Origin: the human T2T-CHM13v2.0 reference genome, Homo sapiens
Reading direction: 5' to 3' (one strand)
Assembly: GCF_009914755.1 (NCBI RefSeq)
Contig: NC_060941.1
Length of the DNA: 64,000 bases
A program made the translations under genes and the position numbers. Each line of letters begins with the position of its first letter. Position 1 is the first letter of the stretch. Shown here one piece after another: positions 31,815-49,333 of the stretch. The notes beneath the pieces were generated by a model. It did not search any database. It saw nothing but the letters and a program-made list of their open reading frames with translations, and had not been told where the DNA came from.

Positions 31815-32150
31815 CATATATTTTCTCACAATCCTGGAGCTAGAAGTCCAAAATCAAGGTGTCAACACGTAGGTTTCTTCTGAGGCCTCTCTCCTTGGCT
31901 TGCAGGTGGCCTTCTTCTCTTCAAGTGGGCACATGGTCCTCTCTCTGTGTGTGTCTATATCCTAATCTCCTTTCTTATAAGGACACCAATAATATTGGAC
32001 TACAGCCCATTCTGTTGACCTTGGTTTAATTTAATTGCCCCTTTAAAGACCCTGTCTCTAAATATAATTGCATTATGTGGCACTAAGTGTTAGGATTTCA
32101 ACAGATGAATTTATGAGAAGTAGAGAGGTAGACGTAATTGAGCCCATAAA
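31815..32150 (-). mobile_element. MaLR LTR (MLT1B/C-like)
   Basis: CTAGAAGTCCAAAATCAAGGTGTC...CTTCTGAGGCCTCTCTCCTTGGCTTGCAG...TCTTATAAGGACACCA. Confidence 0.82.
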
Positions 32151-32543
32151 ACCATTATAGTCTCAACGCCTTCCTCAGAGCTCGGCACACAGTAGGTGCT
32201 ATTACAAAAGATATATTTATAAAAGAAATATCTAATTTAGTGCAGTGTTTCTTTGTTAAATTAGAAGGAGTAGGAAACAAACTACTTTGATTGTATAAAA
32301 GATCATGTCTTTTATAATACCTTAAATATTAAACAGTAAAGTTTTCTCTGAAAGATTCAGGTAGGTTTCTGTTATATAAACACCTCAATAAGGGATAATC
32401 CAATAAAATTTTCAGCCAGAGGAGAAAGAGATTGATCTTGAGGCTAAAATCTATGCATGATTTCAAAGAATCAGATGTTTTTAAAGTACAATGTTTAGTA
32501 TTTGTTTTATCAGGCATGTGAAGAGTTTTTAAAATGCATCTTA

Positions 32544-32832
<289 letters not shown>

Positions 32833-33569
32833 TTAAGTCATTCCTCTTAAAATCTATGAAGTAGACACATTTAGATTTGGCTTTTGTTAGTTCAATAATC
32901 AGAAGATAATCAGATAATCTCGTTATGGGCATAGTTAAATGTATCTATACATGTATTAAAATTCACAGAACTGCACATCAGAAATGAGATTTCTTCATAG
33001 CTTTGTCCCTGTTTTAGAATAATTATGGGAATAACCATAAATATTAATTCCTATTTAATATGTATGTAGTCTGGAATCCCGAGGTGTGAATAGCAATATC
33101 TTATTACACAAACCAGAGTATTCATTAAGTGCTTTTGGATAATCTTTAGAGAGTACATTAAAATTCAAATATTACTAGCATATGAGTAGTCTGCAGAACT
33201 TAAAGAGGTATTTCAGAAATAAGAGGTGAATACCTTCCTGGAGTAAAAACTTATTAATCAAAACATTCAAATGAATATCAGCATAAAAGAAAAGAAGGTC
33301 AAGTGATTACGTGGAGCCGAATTTAACAATAAACTCAAGAGAAAGATATTTTAATAAAAGAGATATTGTGCTTCATAATTGCAGAATTCCACAGTACTTT
33401 AGTTGTGTCAATGCAGTTTACCTGTAAGTGCTTTGTTGCCACTACTGTTCTTCTTTTCATTGTTATTTTGTTCTCTTCAATTTTGACTTGTTTTTATGCT
33501 AGCAAAGCATTTACATATTTTTGTGACACATAAGAAAAGAGACCTTTTGAAAGTGTAACTACTATGAAT

Positions 33570-35580
<2,011 letters not shown>

Positions 35581-35612
35581 GCTAGCCACTTTTGGTGTAC
35601 CAGCCTGTGTAA

Positions 35613-35942
<330 letters not shown>

Positions 35943-38900
35943 GCGTTGCTTTTTTGTTTTGTTTTTCAGGTAAAACTGTATCTACAAAGTAGGGCTGCTG
36001 TGGTTGACATCCTTTTCATCTCATTAAGATGACACCCTGAGTTCCAACCCTTTCCTCCAGCCCTCTCTGGGGAAGGAAAGAAGAAAATCCAATCAAGTGA
36101 CCAAAAGTGGAAAAGTGGTTATTGACTGCCACAAAACACATCTCTTTTGAGAGCAATGATATTCACATTCAAAGAGCCTTTTATGTGGGCTCAGCATTGT
36201 TTTAACCTATAATTTGGGTTCATATTCTTTCCTTTTGGTCTACAAACTAAAATTAAAAGTTCCTTCTCTTTTAAATGTCTTGCATTAAAGGTTTCTTAAT
36301 TCTTTTAAACTGTCCAGATGATCTAGAAATAATTTAATAAGCCACAAAAAATAATTCTGGAACAAATATCAACACACATAAACAGAATACATGAGATGCA
36401 TGCTTATATACACATGCTATGTTATACACTTGTATGCATATTACATACATGATGTGCATATATATTTATATATGGATGCAATTGGATAAACTCCTCTTAA
36501 AACTGATAAGCAATTAATAATGCTTAATACTAATAGGTCTCTCAATTGGAACTCTAGAAAATCAGGACCATTTTAATGAAAAAAGAAAGCACGTACTGTA
36601 ATAATGTTGATTCTCTATTCACATCCCAGAATTGTGTTAAAGACTCAGAAGATAATAGGTATAAAGACCCTTAAAATCCTTAGAGAAAGTTTTGTGTAAA
36701 TTTTTTTTTTGTATTTGCATAACCATATGTATGCTAATAACAAAGTTTCTCTGGAGATGCTTTCCTGCCAGGGGCACTATATTTTAAAGATGATATCAAG
36801 TTACGTTTATCATGTGAGAAAATAAAGCAACTTTGGTGTAGCAAGAGGAATAATATACAAGCTCAAAAATAAAGTCTTAGAAGGAAAAATGATGCACGAT
36901 CTCAATAACATTTTACATTCTTGTTGCACATTTCATCCTAAAGATCAACAGAATGTTCCAACTAATCATAAATTCAGGAGTTATTCAACCTCCTGTTTTA
37001 AGAAATTGTCTCAGGGAGAGAAGACGATAACTATCTTTAAACCCACCCAGCCACATAGTTCAATGACTTAGGATAGAAAGTCAAAATCTCAAGTAAGTTT
37101 ATTGACTTTTCATGTATCATGTCAGTCAGAGCTTGAGTCAAAGTGGGTAAACTGACCCAAGAAAGTAATCAAAATCTACACATTAAATTTGTACATCTGT
37201 ATATATAAATCTTGTTTTTAACAAATAAAAACAAAATTTACACAATTTAGTTGTTCATTGCTGTCTTTTTTCTATAGGCATTTTATCACAAATGTCTAAT
37301 ATTATGAACAAAAGCGTAAAAGAGAGAAAATTGAGATCTCTTTCATAGTTAGCCTAACTTTTTCATGGGGGAAAGAGGTGATGATTTTTTCCATAAGATT
37401 TCCTAGCCCATGGAGAATATGAGTCTTCTGCAGTCTATCTATTGCAAAGCTTCCCATCTTAAGTGAAATAGCATCCTCCTTCAGGCATGTTGTTGCTAGG
37501 TTACTATTAAATAGAATTACTATCATGCAATATATTCATAAAGGACGAGTCTTGATATAAGTAAGAAAATAATTATAATAACTTTGTCATGTTTATGCAA
37601 CTTGATGAATTAATATATATCCAAAGGCATTATTTAGGGGAGGGAAACAAGGTAGATTTATTTTCCATTTTGAATATTCTTAGTGATTCATTGAAAGTCT
37701 CTTATATATCCCAAGCACCTTGAAAGCAATTCAATTAAAGAGGATAATTAATCCACAATTCCAGGATTTCTCATAAACAGTATTGTAGCTGATTGGCACA
37801 AATGCTGTCATTAAACAGAGGAAAGTTACAAATGTTAGATTTAGAGGGTATTTTGAGTTATATTTATTCTAGTCTATAACTATTACAAAGAAATGCAAAA
37901 TACCCCAGTTTAGGGATTATGTGCTTTATTATTGAAGAGTTCCATGAAATATCACATCTACCAATGGTTTGGTGGAGCTGATACTTTTACTTACCCTTGT
38001 TATAAAAAGCAATCATCATTTGTGTATCAGAATCACTTGACAACTTTTTTAAACATGAGATGCCCAAGCCAAAAATGTGTAGATGGAGACTGGCATCCAC
38101 ACATCCATATGTTTTAAAAGCTGCATTGCAAAATTTGATAAGCAACCAGAGTAGAGACCTGCAGGTCTGTAGACTATTGAACAGCATGTTAATCCTCCAG
38201 AAGGTTTAAAAATGAAAGGGTAGAGGCACATAAACTTTAAGATTATGCATCAGTTTTGTTAATATTACTAGAATATCAGGATCACAATGTATAATTTACA
38301 CTCTAGAGGAACAATTTTAACTAAATTTATATCTTATACCAGGCATCTTGAATCTTTCTCATTTGCACTCCAGAAATTATACTGCTTTAGAAAAAATAAA
38401 ACGATACAGTGAGCCACTAACTCTATCTGCAAATTTTTTAAAATAAAATTAGAACCAAATTACACCTCTAAAGTGTAAGCATTGGATTTGGACATTTTTT
38501 GCAAGTGAAGGGTAAAATATAAAACCTGGCAGGAAATGGAAAATAGAATTTTTTTCCACTTACCTTTTTATAAAAGTGACTGTAAAATGTGCAAAATCAC
38601 CATTGACATTCAGGCAATCCCTGAAAAATAGGTTTGAATAGGATTAAATATGAATTGAACTAGGTGAATTATGCGTGACCAAAAAAATAATGCAAGATGC
38701 TATAGAGTACACTGATTTTTTTTTTCTGAAATCTATTTCTCTAGATTGATGGTTCAGTGAGCAAGAATAAATGTTTTTATTTTTTTCTCCATTTCACAAA
38801 AAAGGTTTTATTTCATGTCTCATCATAGACACTCAGGCTAACTAATATAGCAATTAATATCCTTCGTTTTAAGAAAATTCAGAAAACTGGAGAGCTGGTA

Positions 38901-39868
38901 GGATTTCCAACAATTGAAAGAGAAATCATTTCACATTTCTACTTTTGCCATTCTTCATACTTTTTACCTCCCAGCTGAAATGCAGCAAGCTAAAGATCAA
39001 GTTTTTATTCTAATTCTTCAATGGGAACAATCAGCTTGTTACTTACTTCTCTTTGCCTTTCCTCCCCATGTCAGCCTCAGGTAGACCAGCTCTCTGTCTC
39101 TGGAGAAGGGCAAAATCGACTTGGGGCCTCTCAGAGAGGCCTCTCATTCCTGCAACCCTCAGGCAAAGGCTTTATTGTCTACAGCTGAGCCCCAGCCTTG
39201 CTACTTTGTTCTTACTGTTTACAGGTGATTCCCAAAACCTGCAACAGAATTTTAGCATTAATCAATGAGTGAGGAAGTGTTGAAAACTGAGTATGCAGGA
39301 TAGGTAATACTTTCTAACAGGGAGTTATCTATCTTTCAGAGTTTATTATCAGTATTAAATTTTCAGATCTATGTAAATGCATGGAAAAATCTGAAAAGAT
39401 AATGTACCTAACTGATAATAGTGGTTATCTCTGGGAAAGTGAGATTAAGTTTGGAGATTAAAGTGATCTTTAGTTGTTCTATAGTATTTTGTGTAATTAA
39501 TTTATACTTTATGATATTTTAATTTTATTTAAAAAACTAATGTGAATTTAATGCATGGTTAACATTTAAAACATTTAAGAAGCATTCTATAGAATATATT
39601 GTAAAATAAAGACTCCATTGTTGGAAACCTTGCCGATGCAAAGGCGATCCCCTCTCTTTCAGAATGGGAATGCTCCTAACCTATTATGATTGATTCTAGT
39701 CAGAAATATATTATTCTGGGTCTACTAACACAAAAGACTAGATATTGAATTATTGATTTTATAACTTTGCTTATCAATGGAGGGAGTAAGAGGAGGGTAA
39801 AGAACTCTCCATTTCTATGCCCAAGATAGACATCTCTGAACTTGCACATACTTTCAAAACCCTTCTCG

Positions 39869-40236
<368 letters not shown>

Positions 40237-40539
40237 TCATACTACCTGATAAAGTTTTCTCTGGAAGCAATGGTGTCATAATATAATATATACTAAACTT
40301 CTGTACTGCATCTCCTTAACATGGGGTGTATGAGAATAATTCAGTGAGCTTTCTAATATACACATTCATAAGTTCCTATGCTAGTAAATTGATTTTGTAG
40401 AAATAAGATGGAATCTTAATATGCATGTGTTAAGTACAAAACGTCCAGCTTATTCTGATAGATTGGTTGTGAATTTCGGGTAGTATAATTAACATTATAT
40501 ATTTATAAATATTGATGGCCATGTAGGCCTATTACATGT

Positions 40540-40810
40540 AACTTCAGATGACCTGGGTTGGAGTTCTGATCCTAGAACTTATTAGTCAGAATTCTGACCT
40601 TGGGTCATCATAGAGTCACCCCAAGATTTAGGTTCTTCATTGACAAAATGGAATTACTTATGTTGCCTCTATTTCTCATACTTACCACAATGCAAAAGGA
40701 TCCCTGGTTTGGCCATATCTGTCGTGGGACTGTGGAAAAATCACTTCACCTCTGGGTCCTCAGTTTATTCATGTTCGAAAGTTGGATGGTTCAACTAGAT
40801 CTGTGATTCT
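40540..40810 (+). mobile_element. MIR/MIR3 fragments
   Basis: GACCTGGGTTGGAGTTCTG...TGACCTTGGG; TCACTTCACCTCTGGGTCCTCAGTTT. Confidence 0.55.
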
Positions 40811-43115
40811 CAATCTCTATTCTGAGTCGAGACCCCAGGGGTGAAGTAACCTGGGGAAATGGAATGTAACATGTAACAAGAAATAAGATCTCTAATCCTC
40901 TTCCCCCACAGAAGCCACAGTGTCATATGTTTTCATACTGGATATTTATGTGAGGTTCTTTTTCAGCCATATATATCTTAAAGCACCAATCAAAATAATC
41001 TCTGAGGTCATATCAGCTCAAAATTCTTTGAATCTAATTCCCAAGATTATAGAGCTCAAATTAGATAATGTTTGTTAGTTTGGCTTGTAAAATGAAAAGC
41101 TATCAAGCTGAATTGCCTTGAAAGTTTTATATTATAAGCTAAAATTTCCTGAGCTTCCTAAATGGACTACCTCCATACTTTCTTTTTATTGTCAGTATTA
41201 GCTTAATTCCTCTTGCCCTTGCACCCTTATGCTGCTCATAAATTGACCCTTCTTTCCTGATCACACCCTTTCACCAGATTCTCTGCTTCCAGCCAAATGC
41301 AGACATCAGCCAATTTCAGCAGAAGTAGAGCACGTGTTTGTAGTAACCCTCTTCTCTCTCCTTTTCCATCTGGCAGTGCCTAGGAATAGCCACGTGTCAA
41401 CCTTAGAATATGGACATTCAAGGAAGATTTCTGAGTTTCCATATTAACCATCTTAACCTCTGCTCAAAATTGAATCTATGGCAGGCAGCACTTCCTTGAA
41501 TAACATAGCTGAGCAAATAGTTTTGTCTTGACAGTTGGGTCTCTTCAGAATCTAGCTCAACTTGCCCTTCTCACACCTTATTCACATACCCATAAATGTG
41601 TCACTCCTGAAGGTTCTCAACATGAAAATGCTGAATTTTGAATCTAGCCATTTCACACTAATAATTCCCACACATGAATTAGTAATGACACAGTTCAACT
41701 AGAACTTAATTCATAATGTGCCTACTTGCATTAGAGTCAGAGGTTACATAGATAAACAGTGATTGGCCTTGATTGGCATGGTAACTCATGAAGAAGTCAG
41801 ATGTATAAGATTAGTATAGATGCAATGCAGTCAATAGAAAGATAAAGGTCTGTATGGTGTGTTATGTAGCATGGGGCATCCTTATCTAATTTGTATGCTC
41901 CAGGTAGTATCATGGAAACATATGTTTATTCATGAAAACTAAATAAGACTTAGCCAAATAAAGAGAATTGGGAAGGGTTTTATCCACTGAGAAAACAGCA
42001 TCAACTATAAAGCAGGCAAAACTACAGTTTGTTATTACTAACGCATAATATGTAAAGTCTGTGCAGAATGACTGAAAACATGGTTGAAGAACAAGAAAGT
42101 GTCTTGGAAGGAGTTTGTGCTAACGTTAAAGCTTTTGGACTTTATTCAGTAAGTTATAAGACAACCCTTGAAGCGTTTTAAGCAGAGACGTGATCTACTT
42201 CCACAAATTCTGCTTAGTTTTACATATGTCTTGAAATGGTTTGTTTGGGTAAACCTCTGCTTCTAATTTGCTATTTACATTTGCACATCAAAAGATATTT
42301 TTAATGGAAAAGTACATGTAAATTATATGAGACCAGTGCTGTAAATGTAACTACTCTGAAAACATTTTGCAATTACTGCTGTGGAATATGTTAAAGCATA
42401 TATGTTTACATTGAAATCCAGATTCCTAAATGTTAACCTATCTCTGAATGTTTGCAATGATTCCATCTTGGCAAACACATAGCTCATTTATTGAGGCTTA
42501 CATTTTACTGACACTGGCTTAACAAGGCACTAGAGGCTTTAGCTTACATTTCTCCATAAAATGCTGTTACAATTATGCAGATCTGTTCCTGCGGCTGCCA
42601 TTGCTCTACCTAATTATTTTTTCCGTACTCATTTGAGTGTTTCGATTCTTTTTTTTCAACATATTATCGGCTTCAAAGTGTTCTGAGGTCCTCTTACACA
42701 TTTGTGATATTTCTCTAAACTAGATTTAAAATGTGACAGTTGGCTATCTTTTATGAGGCAGTTTGGAATTTTTGGATTCTCTGCACTTGGAGGTTGAATT
42801 GGTGGCATCTTCAGTATCCTCTTGGGTGTATTAGTAGGAAGGAGATGATAAAAGTCTAGCCTAGTTCTTCTTGCCCCTGTCCTTTTATGTTCTTTATTTC
42901 TCCTTGCCACCCCCTTTTCCACATACTTTTGAATAATGTAAAAGAAGAGTGATCCAAATTATTTTCTCCATTTCATTTCTACATAATGAGTTCTGATTTT
43001 TTTTCCTATTTCCATTTAAGGCTATCTCAGCAGAGAAGGAATGTATTTCGGCTCTGATCTTTAACACTGAAAGACCGGCAACACACAAACATCACACTGT
43101 TCTAGACAATGGACT

Positions 43116-43390
<275 letters not shown>

Positions 43391-43429
43391 TAGACTATTT
43401 AAAACAGTATCTGAGTAGTAGGAGTAGTA

Positions 43430-43680
43430 ATAATTACAACAACAATAATAATGGCTATCAGTGACTGAGAAGTGACTGTTATGACTTACATATGACTTGC
43501 ATGAAGTATCACATTTAACTTTTATAACAATCTTATAAGGCTGTCGTTAATATTATCTCCAATTTGCAGAGGAGAAAACAGTATTTATTTAGATTGAATA
43601 AATTTTCCCAGGCAGCTAGTAAGTACAAGAGATAGTGTTCATCCCCAATCTCTCTGACTTTAAAACCTGTTGTGTTAGCC
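43430..43680 (-). mobile_element. MIR
   Basis: ATTATCTCCAATTTGCAGAGGAGAAAACAG...CAGCTAGTAAGT...TCTGACTTTAAAACC. Confidence 0.65.
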
Positions 43681-44016
43681 CCACCCGATGTCTGCTTTGC
43701 AATCCATACCTTCAGGGATTCATTGATTTCATTCAGCAAATGATAATGGATAGCTCATTCTTAATGAGACCATGTATTACAAACTGCAAGGATACAAAGA
43801 GGAATTAAAACCTGGATTCTGCTCTCAGGAATCATACAATATAGAATAAAAATAAGTATAATAGGACATAGAAAAAGAAAACACTGAAAGAGCACAATGT
43901 ACAGCATGTGTTATCTAAATTCCAAGAAAGAGGACATTTCCCAGCTGGATGATGGAAGAGCTCTTAAAAGTATGGTCTCACTAATAATCCAGGAAATACA
44001 ACTGAAACTACGATTA

Positions 44017-44406
<390 letters not shown>

Positions 44407-44551
44407 TTAAAAACTACCAATAGTGTTAAAGAGGATGTAGAGCAAAATGAATTAATGTAGAATCGATTTTTCGTAATCTAGAATACCTGAAAGTGCACAT
44501 ATTCTAGGGTACAGCAGTTCCTCTCCTAGGATATCCCTTACAGATACTCTT

Positions 44552-44875
44552 TTATTTATTTATTTATTTAATTAATTAATTTATTTATTTTTTTGAGATG
44601 GAGTCTCGCTCTGTCACCCAGGCTGGAGTGCAGGGGTGCAATCTCGGCTCACTGAAAGCTCCGCCTCCTGGGTTCACGCCATTCTCCTGACTCAGCCTCC
44701 CCAGTAGCTGGGACTGCAGGCGCCTGCCACCACACCTGGCTAATTTTTTGTATTTTTAGTAGAGACGGGGTTTCTCCGTGTTAGCCAGGATGGTCTCGAT
44801 CTCCTGACCTCGTGATCCGTCCGCCTCGGCCTCCCAAAGTGCTGGGATTACAGGCGTGAGCCACCGCACCCGGCC
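44552..44875 (-). mobile_element. AluY
   Basis: GGTTCACGCCATTCTCC, GTGTTAGCCAGGATGGTCTCGATCTCC. TSD CCTTACAGATACTCTT / CCTCACAGATACTCTT. Confidence 0.93.
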
Positions 44876-45384
44876 CCTCACAGATACTCTTGTACAACTG
44901 TACCAGGAGAGACACACAGTATGTTTCATTGAAGCATTGTTTATAAAAAGCCAAAATTGGATAACCTAAATGTCCATCAATAATAGATCTGACTAAAAGA
45001 AAAATTATGATGTATGTGATAGGATATTATATAGCAATTAAAATAAATAGACCATAACTAAATGCATTAACATCAGGGCATCTCACAAGCAATGTTAAAT
45101 GAAAGCAGATAAAATCATATAAGTGGAAATGATTCCTACTGTAGCAATTTTTAAAAGAGGCAATGTTGAGCTATTTCTTAAAGGATAAACATATAGGTGA
45201 TAAAACTGTAAGTAAAACCAGGAGAATGATTACCGCAAAGGTCAGACTATTGATGGTCTGTATTGCAGAGGCAGTCCCTTGTGCACGCAGAGGGCTTACA
45301 TTGCTACTGGCAATAGTCTATCTCTTAAGATAGGTGGGAGTTACATGAGTGATTTTCAGTTAGTCTTTATACTTTACTATTATC

Positions 45385-46800
45385 TTTTTTGTTGCTTTTT
45401 AAATTTTTTATAGATACATAGAAGGTCTATATAATTATGGGGTACATGAGATATTTTGATACAGTCATGCAGAGTGCAATAATTACAACAGGGTAAATGG
45501 GGTGTGTATTAGTCCGTTCTCACACTGCTATAAAGAACTACCTGTGACTGGGTAATTTATGAATAGAAGAGGTTTAATTGACTCACAGTTCTTCAGGCTT
45601 AACAGGAAGCATGACTGGGAGGCCTCAGGAAACTTACAATCATGGCGGAAGGCGAAGGGGAAGCGAGTGCCTTCTTTTTATGTTGACAGGAGAGAGATTG
45701 AGGGGACAAGTGTAACACACTGTTAAAACACCAGATCTCAAGAGAACTCTCTCCTCTTATGAGAACAGCATGGGAGAAATGCAATCCCAAGGTCCAATCA
45801 CCTCCCACCAGGTCCCTCCTCCAACATTGGGAATTACAATTCAACATGGGATCTGGGTGGAAACAGAGCCAAACCATATAATGGGGTATCCATCGCTTCA
45901 AGCATTTATCATTTCTTTGTATTATAAACATTCCAATTATACTCTTTTAGTTATTGTAAGATGTCTAATAAATTAATGTTGACTATATTACCCTGTTGTG
46001 TTATTAAATACTAGATCTTATTCATTCTGTATAACTATATTTTTGTATCAATTAACCATATCCACTCCCCCTACCCCACTGCCCTTCCCAGCCTCTGGTA
46101 ACTATTATTTTACTCTCCATGAGTTTAATTATTTTAATTTTTAGCCCCCACAAATGAGAACATGCAAAGATTGTCTTTCTGTGCCTGGCTTATTTCACTT
46201 AACATAATGACCTCCAGTTCCATCCATGTTGTTGTAAATGACAGGATCTCATTCTTTTTATGGCTGAATGGTATTTCATGGTGTATATGTACCACACTTT
46301 CTTTATCCATTCATCTGTTGATGGACACTTGGGATGCTTCCTAATCTTGGCTATTGTGAATAGTGCTGAAATGATGAGAGTGCAAACATCTCCTCGATAT
46401 AATGACTTCCGTTCTTCTGGGCATATACCTTGCAGTGGGATTGCTTGTTCATATGGTAGTTCTATTTTTAGTTTTTTGAAGAACCTCCATACTGTTCTCT
46501 TTTCCACCATCAGTGTATGAGTATTCCCTTTTTCTCCATAACCTCACCAGCTTTATTATTGCCTGTCTTTTGGATAAAGCCATTTTAACTGGGGTGAGAT
46601 GACATCTTATTGCAGTTGTAATTTGCATTTCTCTGATGATCAATGATTTTGAGCACTTTTTCTTATACTCAATTGCCATTAATGTGTTCTTCTTTTGAGA
46701 AATATCTATTCAGATCTTTTGCCCATTTTTAATTAGAGTGTTAGATGTTTTTCCTGTTGAGTTATCTGAGCTCCTTATATATTCCAGTTATTAATCCCAA
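45385..46800 (-). mobile_element. L1MA (MA1-3-like) 3' end and ORF2 C-terminus
   Basis: ORF 46199-46510(-) VWRFFKKLKIELPYEQAIPLQGICP...WYIYTMKYHSAIK is the L1 ORF2 C-terminus. L1MA 3'UTR motif TATGGGGTACATGAGATATTTTGATACAG. Confidence 0.88.
45503..45881 (-). mobile_element. MaLR solo LTR (MSTA/THE1D-like) inserted in the L1MA
   Basis: TGTATTAGTCCGTTCTCACACTGCTATAAAGAACTACC...GAGCCAAACCATAT. Flanking TGGGG duplication (45498-45502 / 45882-45886). Confidence 0.9.
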
Positions 46801-47540
46801 GGCCTGTGGCAACTATTGCCTGGCTACCACTAATATTTATTCAAGGCCCAAAGGATCTTTGGTGAGCAGTTGATGAATTCAGCCAGGCTTGTGTCCTTCC
46901 CTTCAGGGTGGTGAGTTCCCTTCTAGTTCAGGGTAGGTTTAGAAATGTTATCTAGGAATTAGGTCCAGGAGTTGAAAACTTTAGGAATCTACTTGGTAGT
47001 TTATTTTACTGTGGCTGAACTGGTGTCCAAGTTGCAAGACAAAGTCCTTTTTACTCTTCCTTTTCCTTTTCTCAAGCAGCGAAGTCTCTCCTCATGGCCA
47101 CCCCTGCCCCAGTATGGTTACAGGTACTGCTTGCTACCTCTGATGTTTATTCAAGGGCCAAGGGCTCTTTAGTCAGCTTATGGTGAATCTTGCTGGGCCT
47201 GAGTCTCTCCCTTCAAGGAAATGGGCTCTCTTCTGGCCCAGGGGAAGTCTAGAAATGCCATCCAAGAGCCAAGGCCTGGATAAAAGACTTTAGTATTCTG
47301 CTTGATGTTTTATTTTACTGTGGCTAAGGTGTTACTTTATTGTGGCTAAGGAAGAGTAAAAAAAAAAAATCCTTTTTACTCTTCACTTGCCTTTCCACAA
47401 GCAGAAAGAGTCTCCCCCATGGCCACCATAGCTGGTAATATGTTGGGTCACACCTGAGGCCAGCATGCTACAGGGTCTCACCCAAGGCCCATGGTGAATA
47501 CTGCCTGGATATTACTGATGTTGATTCAAGGCCCTACAAT
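46800..47540 (-). mobile_element. L1M1/M2-type 5'UTR with ~300-bp tandem monomers
   Basis: Recurrent TTTATTCAAGG(C/G)CCAA...AGAAATG...TTTTACTGTGGCT...CCTTTTTACTCTTC units (about 2.3 copies). Confidence 0.75.
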
Positions 47541-47596
47541 TGTCTTTTAAAATGCTTACATGTCACAAATATTCCTCTATATGTAAGAGATTGTTT

Positions 47597-48072
47597 TATG
47601 AAAGGAAAATATCTTGGACCCCCAAAATCACTAAGCTAAAAGGAAAACTCAAGCTGGAAACTTCTTAGGGCAAATCTGCCTCCTATTCTATTCAAAGTTG
47701 TCTCACTGCTCACAGGAAATAAATGCGTATCTGATACTTTCTTTGGAAAGGCTAATCAGTAACTCAAAAGAATGCGACCCTTTGTCTTTTTCTCTCACCA
47801 TTGTGTGATCTGAAAGTCCTCTGCCCACTTCAAGTCTTCCTGCCTTTGCTTCAAGTTGTCCTGCCTTTCCAGACTGAACCAATGTACTTCTTATGTATAT
47901 TGATTGATGTTCCATGTCTCCCTGAAATGTATAAAACCAAGCTGTCCCCCGACCGTCTTGGGCACATGTCGTCAAGACTTCCTGAGGCTGTGTCACAGGT
48001 GCAAGTCCTCAACCTTGGCAAAATAAACTTTCTAAGTTAACTGAGATCTGTCTCAAATTTTGGGGGTTCACA
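47597..48072 (+). mobile_element. MER4A/MER4A1 solo LTR (ERV1)
   Basis: TGAAAGGAAAATATCTTGGACCCCCAAAATCACTAAGCTAAA...CCTCAACCTTGGCAAAATAAACTTTCT...GGTTCACA. 4-bp TSD-like GTTT / GTTC. Confidence 0.88.
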
Positions 48073-49021
48073 GTTCAAATACATACAATTTTTATTTTTG
48101 AAAGACTGAACTAAGAAAGATCTTGTAATGAAAATGTCATTTACGTAAAAATAAAAAAATAGGGATTTGGAATTGTGGAGAAAGATAGGAAGGATATCAT
48201 AAGAAAAATGTTTGTACTTCCTAGTGATACTAATTTAGGCTGAGGTCATTATAAAACATTAAATGAATAATCAGAATCATTGTGAGAGCGAAAGACCTTA
48301 AGTAATTAATATGTGTGTGTTTAGAGAAAAATAGGGAGGTAACACATGCCTGAACATGGGCTTTTGTGAACAATAGTTTCTGGGGATGATTGTGTTTAAG
48401 CTGAAACAAGGACTAAAATCAACAAAATTAAATGTGACTGGGAAATTATCTGTCTGTTGTAGGAAGGTTTAAGAATGTGTCTGAGATGAAGCAACACTTA
48501 TGTAACAGACAGCAGTGCAAGATGTAGTGAATTAGACCATTTGAAGATTATAAGCCCTAAAATGCATTTACAATCTAAAAGCATATTTTTATATTAATGC
48601 ATGTTACATAAAAGCAGAGGTGGTTAGGTAGTGAGCATAAGAAAAAATAGGTAAATATTGTGATACAAAGAGTGCAATCTTTTATTGAGGAAAACTCCAC
48701 CAAAAATCCAATACAGGAAAGCAAAGAGTGTTCAAATCTTTGAAATTTAGATGTAGAAATGATGAGAAATATAAGTTTTTCAAGCATGAACCAAAATTCT
48801 TATGTTCCTGTAGCTGCTGAAGACGTCCATCCAAAAGCAGTCTAGAGCTTATACATCTTAAATGCATTCAGAGGTCTGAGGAAAAGCAGTGGTGGGAAAT
48901 GTGATAAAATGAAGAGAACCCACATTACATACATGTACTCAAAGTCAATTTTGGAAAATAAGTAATACAGGTATCCCTCCTCCTCAATTCAATTCCATCT
49001 TCAGGCCAATAGACTGTGATC

Positions 49022-49333
49022 TTTTTTGTTTTTTTTTTTGTTTTTTTTTTTTTTTTTTGAGATGGAGTCCTGCTTTGTCACCTAGGCTACAGTGCAGTGG
49101 CACAATCTTGGCAACCTCCACCTTCCAGGTTCAAGCAATTCTCCTGCCTCAGCCTCCTGAGTAGCTGGGCCTACAGGTGCACACCACCACATCCAGCTAA
49201 TTTTTGTACTTTTAGTAGAGATGGGGTTTTGCCATGCTGACCAGGCTGGTCTCAAACTCCTGACCTCAGGTGATCCACCCAGGTTGGCCTGCTGAAGTGC
49301 TGGGATTATAGGCATCAGCCACCGTGCCGGGCC
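49022..49333 (-). mobile_element. AluSx-like
   Basis: Poly(T) and reverse Alu. TSD AGACTGTGATCTT / AGACTGTGACTCTT. Confidence 0.92.
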
